DNA from: Spirochaetia bacterium
GTDB taxonomy: Bacteria; Spirochaetota; Spirochaetia; SZUA-6; Bin103
Assembly (NCBI GenBank): GCA_965198005.1
Contig: CBDAOI010000002.1
Span: forward strand, 416,001-480,000
DNA: 64,000 nucleotides
Direction: 5' to 3'
In this document: positions 39,764 to 50,614 of the stretch, one piece after another
How positions within the stretch are numbered: position 1 is the stretch's first letter
Layout: each line of letters opens with the position of its first letter
Position numbers and translations under genes: made by a program
Notes under the pieces: generated by a model
What the model was told of the DNA's origin: nothing
The model's input: only the letters and a program-made list of their open reading frames with translations
The model's database searches: none

Positions 39764-41569
39764 CTAACGACCCATTGCTTCCTTCATCTCACTATCAATC
39801 CAAATGCGGGCCAACATGGCCACCGAGCGAGAAAGTCCCAGTTCGACTTCACCGTTATAACCTTTGATCCATGGCTGGGATGCATTAAACGAGGGAGGTT
39901 TAGGACCCCATATGTACCACTGCTGCTCTATAAAGTACATATCTGCCTCTCTAACCAGCCTCTGCTGCTCCTCAGGGGTAGCAGCAGCTACGGCGGCTTC
40001 CGCCTTGGCGTCCATCACAGGGTCCTGGTGTCCAGGATTCCCGTTAGGTTTATAGTCCGACGACATCCAGTGCACCATGGGCATTGGCGCCTGGTCATTG
40101 CCGAGACCAGCAGTAGCCATCCCTTCATAAGCACCTTCCGTTATTAGCGCCATATGCGCAGTTTCCTCACGTACCTGAATCTCTACATCAACGCCAATCG
40201 CTTTCCAGTATTCAACGGCTATTTCCTGATAGCCTACATCCGCTCGCCAAAAGTGGTTAAGGACGGTCTTGAATCGAATGCCATCCGCGCCGCGCGGATA
40301 GCCAGCCTCGTCGAGGAGCTTCTCCGCCCCTTGCGGATCATACCGATAGCCTTGCTTGACCGCTTCGGGCCACTCTTCAAAGGGGACATAAAACCCCGTC
40401 AGACTATCTCCGATCATCCCCTGGGGTTGCCACTTGGCAAAACCCTTATAGTAGGTCTCGTTAATGGTCTCCAGGTCAATGGCCATCTGCATGGCCTGGC
40501 GTACCCGGATGTCGTTGAAGAGCGACTGCCTGCGCAGGTTAAAAGTAACAGAGGTGCCCGACCTTAGATACCACGGGTACAACGTGATCTCGGGGTTGGT
40601 CCGTTTGAGGGCCTCTACCTGGCCGATATCCCCCAACTGAGTGTCGCCGGGTATACCTATGATATCATGCTTACCCGAGCGCAGTGCCGCCAGAAATGTT
40701 GCTTGTTCGGGCATAAACACCCGCCGCAACTGGTCAATATAGGGCAAGCGGTTCTGTGGGTATTTTTCGTCGTAGCCCCAGTAGTCCGGATTCTTGGTAT
40801 AGGTCATCGAGCTGCCCTTGACCCAGTCCGTCAGCATATAGGGCCCGGTGCCTACCAGGTTCCTCCAGTCCTGAACGTCACCATGTTGCTCGATTACCTC
40901 GGGGGGCATTATCAAAAGAAACCAGCCGCTGATGATAGTCTCCAGCGCGTCGTTGCGTGGCGCCTTTAACTTAAAAACAACCGTGGAATCGTCGGTGGCC
41001 GTAATGGATTCCCATGTCGCGGCATTCATCGGGTCGAAGGGGCTAGGTTCGGTGAAGCCGCTGCCCAGACCCGTATAGCGATTAAAGTTGTATTCGACAT
41101 CCTGGGCAGTTAGCTCCCGACCGTTCATCGGTGCCTTATCGTGCCAGCGAACGCCCGGGCGGATTTTGAAGATAATAGTCAGCGGGTCGGGCTTTTCCCA
41201 GCTTTCCGCCAGATTCGGTCTCATGGCAAATAGCGGGACGTACCTGCTTTCGAAGCCAAATTCATCCCTATCTATTCCCCAGTTCGCGATGCCCAGTTTC
41301 TCTGCAACGCCATCGACGCCCCTTGGTCCGTGGCCCTGGTTCCAGGGGTCAGTACCCGGAGGCTCGATCCGCTCGGCGTAGGTCAATGTCCCGCCATACT
41401 CTGGCGCGGTCACCATCTCCCCCGTGGTCGGGTCGAGCACCATTTCCTTCTCGGCGGCCGCGGCCGGCTCCTCTTCTGCGCCCGCGGCCCACAGGCCGGT
41501 GGCGGTCAGAACCAGGACCAGCGCAACCGCGAAGGTCATTCTGATTCTTACGATGTGCATAATGTTCAT
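39764..41569 (-). CDS. ABC transporter substrate-binding protein, family 5 (SBP1)
   Basis: Signal peptide ..GLWA, PEYGGTL, LAESWE, VGTGPY, DIRVRQAM, A.KLLDEAGY. Confidence 0.93.
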   Translation of the reverse strand: MNIMHIVRIRMTFAVALVLVLTATGLWAAGAEEEPAAAAEKEMVLDPTTGEMVTAPEYGGTLTYAERIEPPGTDPWNQGHGPRGVDGVAEKLGIANWGIDRDEFGFESRYVPLFAMRPNLAESWEKPDPLTIIFKIRPGVRWHDKAPMNGRELTAQDVEYNFNRYTGLGSGFTEPSPFDPMNAATWESITATDDSTVVFKLKAPRNDALETIISGWFLLIMPPEVIEQHGDVQDWRNLVGTGPYMLTDWVKGSSMTYTKNPDYWGYDEKYPQNRLPYIDQLRRVFMPEQATFLAALRSGKHDIIGIPGDTQLGDIGQVEALKRTNPEITLYPWYLRSGTSVTFNLRRQSLFNDIRVRQAMQMAIDLETINETYYKGFAKWQPQGMIGDSLTGFYVPFEEWPEAVKQGYRYDPQGAEKLLDEAGYPRGADGIRFKTVLNHFWRADVGYQEIAVEYWKAIGVDVEIQVREETAHMALITEGAYEGMATAGLGNDQAPMPMVHWMSSDYKPNGNPGHQDPVMDAKAEAAVAAATPEEQQRLVREADMYFIEQQWYIWGPKPPSFNASQPWIKGYNGEVELGLSRSVAMLARIWIDSEMKEAMGR

Positions 41570-41592
41570 ACGTAACTCCGCATGTTTGGTTT

Positions 41593-41651
41593 GAGAGTAT
41601 CGAGTAACGAATTGCCGGGCCCTGCCTACTCTCGCGCCCGCAACGCAGGCG
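41593..41651 (-). promoter_or_regulatory. Conserved two-hairpin leader motif (copies 49295-49358, 59718-59781, 60413-60471)
   Basis: P1 CGCCTGC/GCGGGCG and P2 GAGAGTA/TACTCTC, with compensatory changes in the other copies. Confidence 0.55.
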
Positions 41652-42161
41652 GCCAGACAGAGACGGCAATCGGGGCTCACGCCCCGCGCGTGCGCGGTTC
41701 TTTGAGTATCACTTGCACCTCCTGTGCGCCGGGATACCGGCAGGGTTGTAGTGGATGCGATTCACCGGCAAACGCCGGCGGTCGATTCTGCGACGGTGAG
41801 TTGGGGGGCGAGGCTCCAGGACCGTTGCGGTGGTCGGTGATCGAAGGTGGACTGAGCCGGCGCCACGCGCAGCCGGGCGTGACCCCGGTGCTGAAGGCGA
41901 AGGCGCCCGCGGAGCGATCAGCCCGTGCGGTTAGTGACCTACAGGATGATGTATCAAAAGCTGTGTGTGGGGGGGGGGGCGACTCCTCACCATTAAGCAA
42001 GCCCGCCGCGAGCTGATTTTCAGCAAATCTCGGCGAGCGGCTGTCAGGGGAACAGAGTGTCATAAGCGTTGACGTGTTATAAGTCACTCAAGCCCTCCGC
42101 AGGTGAGGCACAGCCATACCCAGATGTAGTCGCGATGTCGCGATTGACTGGATCCCACCCT

Positions 42162-42190
42162 ATCATAACCTCCGCTCCCGAGGACGTCAA
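42162..42190 (-). promoter_or_regulatory. Putative sigma70 promoter upstream of the SBP1 region
   Basis: TTGACG-17-TATGAT. Confidence 0.55.
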
Positions 42191-42707
42191 CCACGAATCG
42201 GCCCAGCAATTCTCGGTGAACGGCAGTCGATGGCCTGAAGAGACAGTCTGGAGGGGGCCCCACCATTTGCCAACCCCCGCCGCGAAAGGATTCCGGGGGG
42301 GGGGGGGGGGGGCAAGGGTAGGACGCGCCGGTTACGCTGCCGCTAACCGGTGGCAGCTCTGAGTAGTGTTTTCAGCCATCTTTTGCATCCGTTCAAACCT
42401 GAGACTTTTTACTATACCACCCCTGCGGCAACCAATCAACAGGAAAAACTGGCGAATTGAAGCTTTCTTGAGATTTCTTTCGGGCAGCCGCGGCAGCCGA
42501 GAGCCCCTCGCGGCGCCGACTCGGACGCATCGCCCCTCCGGAGCCGTCATTCGCCGGCGATGTGGCCGTCCGCAGGCCGTTCACCGTCCACGTCGGCCTC
42601 ACAGCGGCCCGCTGAGGGCCTTCCAGCCCCTCGGGGGTAAGCCTGGGGTACCCCCTGCAACACCCGTCAACGCCGATTCCCGGCACCGCTGAGGGTTGGC
42701 AATACCC

Positions 42708-43193
42708 CTAACGCGCCAGTCTCGGATCGTACCGGAAACTGGAGATGGGGCCGGTTGTGATGGCGCTAAAGTCGGCGTGCTCGGGATTGACGATGAAGTT
42801 GGTGTCGCCCCGGACTACGGCGCTCGGTACCTGCAGCACGGCAGACCATGCGTGATCGATCCACCGGTCGCCGATTTCCTGGGTGGCGGGATGCAGGCTC
42901 GGTTGCGCCCACTCCGGTGGCAACTGGTCTTCACCGATGTGCTTCACTAGGCGTTCCGGGATGAACACCGGCATCGTTCGATACGTTTCCAGGACTCTTT
43001 CAGCTCCCAGGTGAACCAGCAACTCCATGCCGGCAAGCGCCAAGCTGTCGCCGAGATAGACTACCGCGCGCCCAATACTGTTCCAGCGCCCACCGTAGCG
43101 CCGGGCCCCCTCGCCCGACATCATTTGCTCAGCGGTTTGAGCGAATTCCGGCGCGGCCAGACGCCACGCGGCCAGACGCCACGCGGTAATCAA
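42708..43193 (-). CDS. RES-domain toxin
   Basis: SGEGA..YGGRWN..G..VVY...S..LA..E.LVH; VPSAVV..D.N...NP.H. Confidence 0.9.
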   Translation of the reverse strand: MITAWRLAAWRLAAPEFAQTAEQMMSGEGARRYGGRWNSIGRAVVYLGDSLALAGMELLVHLGAERVLETYRTMPVFIPERLVKHIGEDQLPPEWAQPSLHPATQEIGDRWIDHAWSAVLQVPSAVVRGDTNFIVNPEHADFSAITTGPISSFRYDPRLAR

Positions 43194-43729
43194 CTGAACA
43201 CGCCATGCCGTAGCCGGCCGATGAGGTGCTCCACATCGCGTGCGCCCGTTTCCGTCGACGCACGCTCAAGCGGCGTCTCCCGGTCCAGGAGTTCATGCCG
43301 TGTCCGCAGCCACCGCTCGGCGGCGCCCGCGTCGCCCCGCATCATGGCCACGGCCATTGCCTCCAGGCGAGCGATACGCACCAACCGGTCCGACTCCGAT
43401 GGCGTTAACGTGCCGCTCCGCTTTCTGCGGGCAAGGGTCGATGCCGGGATACCGATAACCTCCGCCAGTTCTTGTTGCGATCCGCCGACAGCAGCCACCA
43501 GTTCATTGAGCATGGAGAAGGGCAGGCCGTTGCGGACCATCTTGAGCACACCACGGCCATTCAAGAGAGCGAACAGGCCACCGTTCGCCGCGTGCTCCGC
43601 GACGTACTGCGTGGCCGGCTCCTCAACGCCCCGCGTGGTGGGCTCGGAAACCGGCTGTCGGGCGGGCATGACGCCGGGGCGCGGTTCCGGCACTCCATCA
43701 GGCATTGATTTCTCCATCTGGTTCTCCAT
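43190..43729 (-). CDS. Xre/MbcA/ParS-type antitoxin
   Basis: IP.STLARRK..G.L...ESDRL.RIA, A..WL......L....PL, LIGRL.HGVF. Confidence 0.9.
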   Translation of the reverse strand: MENQMEKSMPDGVPEPRPGVMPARQPVSEPTTRGVEEPATQYVAEHAANGGLFALLNGRGVLKMVRNGLPFSMLNELVAAVGGSQQELAEVIGIPASTLARRKRSGTLTPSESDRLVRIARLEAMAVAMMRGDAGAAERWLRTRHELLDRETPLERASTETGARDVEHLIGRLRHGVFS

Positions 43730-43899
43730 CTGGCACTTTCCCTATTACCGTATGCAACAAGGTACCCCGACGAGGCCGTTTCCCACAACCCCCGCGAGCG
43801 TGCCGGGGCGTTGATCGCGGAACGCACTCGTCGCGCCCTCGTCGACCGCACTCTGCGCGGTTTGCATGGTGTTCCGGGTCACGGAATGGCCTTGCCGCC

Positions 43900-44553
43900 T
43901 CATTCGTAGCGAATCCGCGGGTCCAGCGACGCGTACACCAGATCGGTCAGCAGGCTGACCACCACCACCGTGGCGAAGAACAGGTTTATCGCCGACACCA
44001 CCGGGTAGTCGCGGTCGTTGAGCGCATCCAGCATCAGCCGCCCCAGCCCCGGCAGGTTGAAGATGTTCTCGATGATCACCGAGCCGCCCACCAGAATCGG
44101 AAGCTGCATGCCCACCAGCGTCACCACCGGGATGATGGCGTTCTTGACCGCGTGGCGCAGAATCACCGAACGCTCCAGCAGCCCCTTGGCCCAGGCGGTC
44201 CTGACGTAGTCCTGCCTCAGCACCTCCAGCATCATGGTGCGCGTCATGCGCATGGTGCTGGCCGACAGGTAGGTGCCGAGGATCAGGCTGGGGATCAGGA
44301 ACATGCCGAGGTTGGTGCCGCGCAGGAGGATGCCGCCGATCCAGCCGCCGTACTGCACGTGGATCGGCAGGTCGAGGCCGAGCCTGCGCTCTACGAGCTC
44401 CCGGTCGACTTCGCCGCCAGTGTCCAACATACGGCTGGCCATGATGTCGATGACGTCGCCGGGGATGAAGCGGACCGACAGGAACACCAACACGCTCAGG
44501 ATGAACAGGGTGGGGACGACCAGCAGCAGCAGCCGGATGATGTAGGCTCTCAT
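43900..44553 (-). pseudogene. DppB-like permease with in-frame internal deletion
   Basis: RGT joined to NLGMFL; ~100 aa shorter than the 56770-57726 paralogue. Confidence 0.85.
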
Positions 44554-44568
44554 GTCTTCGTGGCAAAT

Positions 44569-44602
44569 GGGCGCCGGGAAGCTCGAGGCTCCCGGCGCCC
44601 TT
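44569..44602 (-). terminator. GC hairpin upstream of dppB genes (copies ~39699-39726, 47326-47363, 57742-57769)
   Basis: GGGCGCCGGGAAGC-loop-GCTCCCGGCGCCC; no U tract, so likely mRNA-stabilising or attenuating. Confidence 0.5.
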
Positions 44603-44699
44603 CTCTGCAGACAGAACTGGCTCGTGCAGCTCGGCGTCTGCGCCTCGTGGAGTCGCGCAGCGACTCCTTAACCCAACGGCGTAGTCGTTGGGTCAGAAC

Positions 44700-44830
44700 C
44701 CCAGGCGACCGCGTTGACGCGGACGCCGTGCTCTCGCAGCTGCGGCGATCTGGTTGCCGACCGCCTCTAGGGACTCGCCCTCACCTGCCAGCCAACAGGC
44801 TTGGTTTCTCGTCGCGTATAGTCATCGCGC
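44700..44830 (-). pseudogene. Collapsed remnant of an SDR paralogue
   Basis: Short blocks match 34854-34890, 35292-35313 and 35467-35500. Confidence 0.6.
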
Positions 44831-45223
44831 TTACAGCAGTTTGTCTACGGCAACCAGGATCGCCACAGCGGCAGCGATGGCGGCGCCCAAGCGGATCGTC
44901 AGCCGCTCCTGGAGCTTGCTGATCTCGCCGCGCAGGCTGGCCTCCAGGTGATTCATGTCGCCACGCAGGCTGGCCTCCATCTGATTCGTCTCGCCGCGCA
45001 GGGTTGCCAGCTCTTCCTTGGTGGCAAGGGTTGCGATCTCGCGGTGGACGCCCTGGAGCTCGCGGTGGACGCCTGCGATGTCGTCCTTGGTAGCGAGGTT
45101 CTCGAACATGCCCTCGGCAAAGGTCGACACCAGCACCCGCGCCTTGGTTTCATCGAAACCCGCTTCCTTTTGCAGCCGGGTGGCCGCCTTGAGGGTGTCG
45201 AACGCTACCGCCACGCCGGCCAT
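44831..45223 (-). CDS. DUF1640/CCDC90-like coiled-coil protein
   Basis: FDTLKA..RL..AGF....A, LATKDD / LATKEE repeats, C-terminal TIRLG + TM. Confidence 0.8.
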   Translation of the reverse strand: MAGVAVAFDTLKAATRLQKEAGFDETKARVLVSTFAEGMFENLATKDDIAGVHRELQGVHREIATLATKEELATLRGETNQMEASLRGDMNHLEASLRGEISKLQERLTIRLGAAIAAAVAILVAVDKLL

Positions 45224-45406
45224 TCTATCCCCCTCGTGGCGATCGGTACACCATCATTTCTCACTTCGCTCATGTCGTAGTACAACGTAGCCACGTGCGC
45301 TGGCGCTTCAACGAGCGAGACCGGCGATGTGAGGGACCACCCGGAGGCGGTCTCCGAGCTGCGCAAACGCTGTAGAAGACCGAGTGAGGCCGGTAGCTGA
45401 TCGCTA

Positions 45407-45745
45407 CTACGCCGACGTCGCGCCGCTGGCAGCGAGACGACCGCTCCCACCCCTGAGCCGCGGATCGAGCAAGTCCCGCATGGCATCACCCAACATGTTG
45501 AAACTGTACACCACGATCGTCAGGCACAGCCCCGGCCACAGCGCCAGCCACGGCGCCTGCTCCATGAACCGCCGCCCCTCCCGGCTGAGCATCCCTCCCC
45601 AGCTCGGCACCTTGATGGGCAACCCGAAGCCGAGGAAGCTCAGCGACGCCTCGGCCAGGATCACGCCGCCGACGTTGATGCTGAAGACGATGATCAGCGG
45701 CGCCACGATATTGGGCAGGACATGGCGCACCAGAACCTGTCGCGT
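45407..45745 (-). pseudogene. DppC-like permease 3' fragment
   Basis: RHVLPNI...EASLSFLGFG...DLLDPRLRG, no 5' half. Confidence 0.85.
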
Positions 45746-45780
45746 CGGCGCGCCGGCTCCGGCAGTTTATCGGGGAACCG

Positions 45781-46040
45781 GTGGTTACGGTCCTGGACGT
45801 GGATGACGAAGCGGCATCGCTCTACGCCGAGGTGCCAGGGATGAGGTTTCAGGAATTTGTCCAGGATCAGGTGTTCTCTCCGACGCTCATCGCCGACGGG
45901 CTGCGCACCACCAAGTCCAAGATCGCCGGGACGCTGGGCCTCGGCAAGGAGGCCTTCACGCGCGCATCGCGGGTCCGGGCCCGTAAGACCCAGGTCCGGT
46001 TGCGCCAGATGCTGGAGATTCTCAATCGCGTGGAAACGGC
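45781..46040 (+). pseudogene. Xre-type antitoxin 5' fragment
   Basis: FSP..IAD.LRTTK..IA.TLGL....TR..R....KTQ.RLR.MLEILNRVE, truncated. Confidence 0.55.
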
Positions 46041-46375
46041 ATGTGCAGCAATTCCGCACCGGCGAGCCGAGCCGAGCTGGCGATGATCAAGTCGGTCGCT
46101 GGCACGGTGACCCCGAGAGTTCTCAACTCGCGCCCCATTGCGACGGCAAGTTCGAACACGGGGCCGGTGAGCTCAAGCCAGTGGCATCCCGACAGATCCG
46201 ACCTCACGTTCAGAGAGTCCACGTCCCGCGTGGCGTAGGCCACCATCTCTACCTCTATGATGCCGTTGGTCGCCGCCCGGTTGTCACGAATCGCGGAGAA
46301 AACAAGGGCTCTGACCTCCTCCGATCCACCCCGACGGTAGTACTCGATCCACGCGGAGCTATCGACCAGGATCAC
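46022..46375 (-). pseudogene. VapC PIN toxin, 3'-truncated
   Basis: MILVDSSAWIEY...TDLIIA.SA...ELLH, then loses the D..F tail. Confidence 0.75.
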
Positions 46376-46578
46376 GGTTGGCGACGCAACTGCGCAAGTG
46401 CCTCCTGGTCCAGCTCGAGGTCCAACCGCCCCGCGCGGCTCAGCGCCGCGTTGCGCCTCCAGGCCTTGACCGCCTCCCGAAGAGCCAACTCGATCGTTTC
46501 TCGCTTCGTGGACGCACGCAGCGCTTGCCGGGCCTCTTCGATCAGGTGGTTGTCAATCGTAACAGTTATGCGACTCAT
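46372..46578 (-). CDS. VapB-type antitoxin
   Basis: R.TVTID..LIEEA...L...TKRETIELALRE. Confidence 0.85.
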   Translation of the reverse strand: MSRITVTIDNHLIEEARQALRASTKRETIELALREAVKAWRRNAALSRAGRLDLELDQEALAQLRRQP

Positions 46579-46639
46579 CGGGCTCCTCATGAGTCATCAC
46601 GATGGCACACCATCAGGATACACCAATGATCTACACCGA

Positions 46640-47312
46640 GACCGGCCGCCCACCAGAATCGGCAACTGCATACCCACCAGCGTCACCACCGGGATGATCG
46701 CGTTCTTGAGCGCGTGGCGCAGGATCACCGACCGCTCCAGCAGCCCCTTGGACCAGGCGGTCCTGATGTAGTCCTGGCGCAGCACCTCCAGCATCATGGT
46801 GCGCGTCATGCGCATGGTGCTGGCCAGATGGCGGGGTAGATCATCACCATCGTTCCCAGCCAGAAGTTGGGCGTTGCCAGCCCCATGATGGCTACCGACC
46901 GTCCCACGTAGTCGGCGGCGGTGTACTGGCGCACGGCCGAGTAGATGCCCACCGGCAGCGCGATGACCAGGCCGATGCCGATGGCCAGCAGCCCGAGCTC
47001 GGCGGTGACCGGCAAACGACCGAGTATCCGCTCCTTTATCGGCCAGCCGCCCATCAGGGACTCGCCAAGGGTGCCGTGCCGGAAGATCCCTCCCATCCAG
47101 CGTCCATACTGGACCCAGACCGGCACGTCCAAGCCCAGCCTCCGCTCGAGAGCTTCACGGTCAATCACGCCTGCTGCTTGCCAGTCCATCCTACCCAGCA
47201 TGACGTCGATTACATCGCCCGGGATGAAGCGGACCGACAGGAACACCAGCACGCTCAGGATGAACAGGGTGGGGATGACCAGCAGTAGCCGCCTGATGAT
47301 GTACGCTCTCAT
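46640..47312 (-). pseudogene. DppB-like permease, internally deleted and 3'-truncated
   Basis: MRAYIIRR...YPAIW jumps to ASTMRMTR...LPILVGG, then ends. Confidence 0.85.
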
Positions 47313-47447
47313 GTCTTCGTGGTAGAAGGGCGCCGGGAAGCTCGAGGCTCCCGGCGCCCTTCTCTGCCCGACAGAACGAGCGCGAAAGCGCTCGTGGGAC
47401 CCGCCTTTAGGCGGGGTCCTTGCTGAGCCAATGGCGCAGCCGATTCA

Positions 47448-49268
47448 TCAGAATCCCATTTCTCTCTTCAGATCCTGATCGATCCAGAGGCGGGCGAATA
47501 TGGCATGATGGTTCAAGTCTCCCAAGTTGGATTCACCGCTAAAACCCTTGACCCACGCCTGGCTCGCCAGAAACCGCGGCGCCAGGGGACCCCATATCTG
47601 CACGTGCTCCTTCATCAGGGCCATTTCAAACTCTCTATTTGCTTTTTGCTGCGCCTCCGCAGTCGTAGCGGCTTGAAATGCATCATAAGCGGCGGTCAGC
47701 TCAGGGGTCTCGAGTCCGCCCACGAGTGCGTTGACGTGCTGGTTGGGCTTAAAAAAGCCGATTATTGTAGCGGGGTTCACAGCAAACGCCATATCGCCAG
47801 TGATCATCTCAAAGTCAAAGCTCGTTCTATTGGCGACCAGGGTCCCAGTGTCGACAATATTGACCGTTACGTCAACGCCAATATCAGCCATGTACTGGAG
47901 AGCCACTTCTATATATCCCAAGTCTATGACATCGCGGTGCTGCAAGGTAGTCTTGAATCTCACGCCGTCCGCGCCGCGCGGATATCCAGCCTCATCCAGG
48001 AGCTTCTCAGCACCTTCCTGATCATACGAGTAGTATCCCTTGAGCTCTGCGGGCCATTCCTGAAACGGGGTGTAATACGGCTTGACGGCGACCAAACCAA
48101 TGGGTTCCCACTTTGCATAACCGCCAAAGTAGGTGTCATTAATCGTCTGGAGGTCCAGTGCCATCTGCAATGCGTGGCGCACTCTGACGTCGTCAAAATG
48201 GGGCTTGCTAACGTTCATGGCGATACTCGCAGTGGAGCGACCGAAAGTTGGCGATGTCACGATTTCTGGGTTAGTCCGGTTGAGGCTCTGTGCCACGTCG
48301 AGCGTCGAAATAGAGACCGGTCCCGCGCTATGTATCATATCCACCGCACCAGTGCGTAGCGCCGATATACGGGTTGCTGCTTCGGCCATAAAGAGCGCTC
48401 TTAACCGGTCAATATAGGGCAGGCGGTTCTCCGGGTGTTTTTCGTCGAAGCCCCAGTAGTCAGGATTCCTGCTAAACGTCTTGGAGACGCCGTCCACATA
48501 GTCAGTCAGCATAAATGGCCCCGTGCCGACCACGTTCTTCCAGTCCTTGTAGTCGCCGTATTGCTCGATTACGTCCGGGGGTAACACCCAGTGCATGGGA
48601 CCGACGATGATTGTCCTTAGCGCACTGGGGGATGGCCTCGTCGTCTTGATGACAACCGTATGCTCGTCGGTAGCCTCTATCGATTCCCATGGCTCATTTG
48701 CAAACCCGTAGGCCACTGCCAGTTCGGAAGGTTCAGTGAAGCCGCTGCCCAGGCCCAAATAGCGGTGATACGTGTGTTCTACATCCTTGGCAGTCAGCTC
48801 CCGACCGTTTACCAGGCGGCTGGCCTCACTATCCGGATTAAGGGCGTAGTGTACGCCCTGACGGATGTGGAAGACGTACGTCAGTGGGTCGGGCGCTTCC
48901 CAGCTTTCCGCCAGGTTCCCCGTGAAGGCAGACAAGGGTGGGTAATCCGCTGTAAAGTCGAATTCTTCCCGATCTAGTGCCCAGTCCCCGTAGGCGAGCT
49001 TTTCATTTACACCGTCTATGAGCCAGCTCGCTTCGAGGCCAGCATAAAAAGGATCTTGATTGTCTCCTGCTCTGACATAGGGATAGGTCAATGTCCCACC
49101 ATACTCCGGCGCCGTCACCATCTTGCCGGTGGCGGGGTCCATCACCATTTCCTTTTCCATCGCCGCGGCCGGTTGCTCTTCCCCGGCCGGGCTTGCCCAC
49201 AGGCCGGTCGCGGCCAGACCGAAACCGATCAGTACCGCCAGGATCTTTCGCAAGATTGCGTATTGCAT
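47448..49268 (-). CDS. ABC transporter substrate-binding protein, family 5 (SBP2)
   Basis: MQYAILRK...GLWAS, PEYGGTLTY, LAESWE, VGTGPF, FDDVRVR; AGGAG RBS. Confidence 0.93.
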   Translation of the reverse strand: MQYAILRKILAVLIGFGLAATGLWASPAGEEQPAAAMEKEMVMDPATGKMVTAPEYGGTLTYPYVRAGDNQDPFYAGLEASWLIDGVNEKLAYGDWALDREEFDFTADYPPLSAFTGNLAESWEAPDPLTYVFHIRQGVHYALNPDSEASRLVNGRELTAKDVEHTYHRYLGLGSGFTEPSELAVAYGFANEPWESIEATDEHTVVIKTTRPSPSALRTIIVGPMHWVLPPDVIEQYGDYKDWKNVVGTGPFMLTDYVDGVSKTFSRNPDYWGFDEKHPENRLPYIDRLRALFMAEAATRISALRTGAVDMIHSAGPVSISTLDVAQSLNRTNPEIVTSPTFGRSTASIAMNVSKPHFDDVRVRHALQMALDLQTINDTYFGGYAKWEPIGLVAVKPYYTPFQEWPAELKGYYSYDQEGAEKLLDEAGYPRGADGVRFKTTLQHRDVIDLGYIEVALQYMADIGVDVTVNIVDTGTLVANRTSFDFEMITGDMAFAVNPATIIGFFKPNQHVNALVGGLETPELTAAYDAFQAATTAEAQQKANREFEMALMKEHVQIWGPLAPRFLASQAWVKGFSGESNLGDLNHHAIFARLWIDQDLKREMGF

Positions 49269-50126
49269 GTTTGACTCCTGATACTCGTGATATTCGAGAG
49301 TGCTGATTCCACTGCCCATCCCTCGCCCACTCTCGACGTACACCTGCAATCGCAGGTGCCCGGAAAGCGAGGGCGCCAGCCCGCGTTCCGAATCAGTTCT
49401 ACATCCGGCACCTCCTTGAACGCGTGCGCGCACCTGATCCGGGAGCGCCGCGCGGGGCGCACTCAGCCCGAGCGCTTAGTGCTTCTCGTATAGTTGGGGG
49501 GGGGGGGGGGGGGGCGAACGGACGGGATGCGCCGGAGCGGCACCCCGGGCGGCGGCTGAGGGGCGCCAGTAGCGTCAACCCGTGGCAGGGCTGGATTGCG
49601 TAGTCAGGCATCATCGGCATCCGTTCAAGATCCCAACCGCGGTAGTTTGGCACACGCGCGGCACGGCAGTCAAGCGCCTGGCCTCGTCCACCTCGTCCAC
49701 CCCTACGGCCGACTCGCCGGGCGCTGACGTCCGTCGGAGCGCTCCGCTGGGCGGCTGGGTGCCGGGCTCCGGTGACCGAACGCGCGCGGCGTGAACCCCT
49801 CCCGGTTGGTGATGCTGGCGCTGCTGCCGGCGCGCAACCGGGGCGCATTGCCGCGGAAACTGCGCTGTAGCAGTTTTGCCGCTCGGCGCGGCGGTCGTGA
49901 TTCCCTGATTCCGCATGGGCCGTTGCAGCCCCCTTTCATACGCCTCGACAGGCACGCGCGAGTCAGGTCGAGGTCAACCCCGTTGCTGCGAGCGTTCACC
50001 ATCCTGGCCCCTGCCGGCGCCGTAGCGCCCGAGCCCAGGTGCGGCGCGATCTCCAGTTGCCGATGCCGTGGTTCGGCACTCCTCGAGCATCTGCCCCTGT
50101 TCGACGGGGCATGCTACACTACCGTC

Positions 50127-50400
50127 ATGATCAGCCGTGGCATTCGCGCTTATGTGGCTCGCGAGTGGTGAACGGCGCGGGCTGCCAAGGACGCGTATTG
50201 GGCCGAGCGCATCACCCGCTACGGACACCCGCTACGGACCGCTGGAAGGTCTGCGCATCGCCGACGAGCTGCGCAGACAAGCACTGCTGCACAATCCGGA
50301 TTGGCCCGATGGCGCCGCCCGGAAGCAGGACCTTCTCGCTCACGTGCGCTTGGCCGAGCCGGATTTGGGCTATGTAGAAATAGCTGCCGGCTACTGGGCT
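50127..50400 (+). pseudogene. Small conserved protein pseudogene (nonsense codon + 13-bp duplication)
   Basis: MISRGIRAYVAREW*..AKDAYWAERI...EGLRIADELRRQ...PDWP...DL.AH.RL. Confidence 0.5.
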
Positions 50401-50489
50401 GAAAGGCATCATAGGCAGCCGTCAGCTTGAGGATGCCTTCCTGGTGCGCACGGTCTCCCTGCACGCCGCCTCCGAACGGCGGCGCATGG

Positions 50490-50570
50490 TCAATCCCCGC
50501 AAGGCGTGTAGCGCGTAGTTCAGATGCCGCGGCACCACCTCCGCGTCTCCGCGTAGATCGGGTTGCCGGT
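50490..50570 (-). pseudogene. AAA ATPase paralogue scrap
   Basis: [17 protein letters not shown] matches 37540-37590. Confidence 0.65.
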
Positions 50571-50614
50571 TTGGGACAAGTATGGCATACACACGGTTTA
50601 CGCCGGGAGCACAC

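Noticed and set aside
49269-49433. 55-aa N-terminal extensions of SBP2 and SBP3 in the ORF track
   Set aside because: A strong RBS and a signal peptide at MQYAIL mark the true start; the region is better explained as a structured leader.
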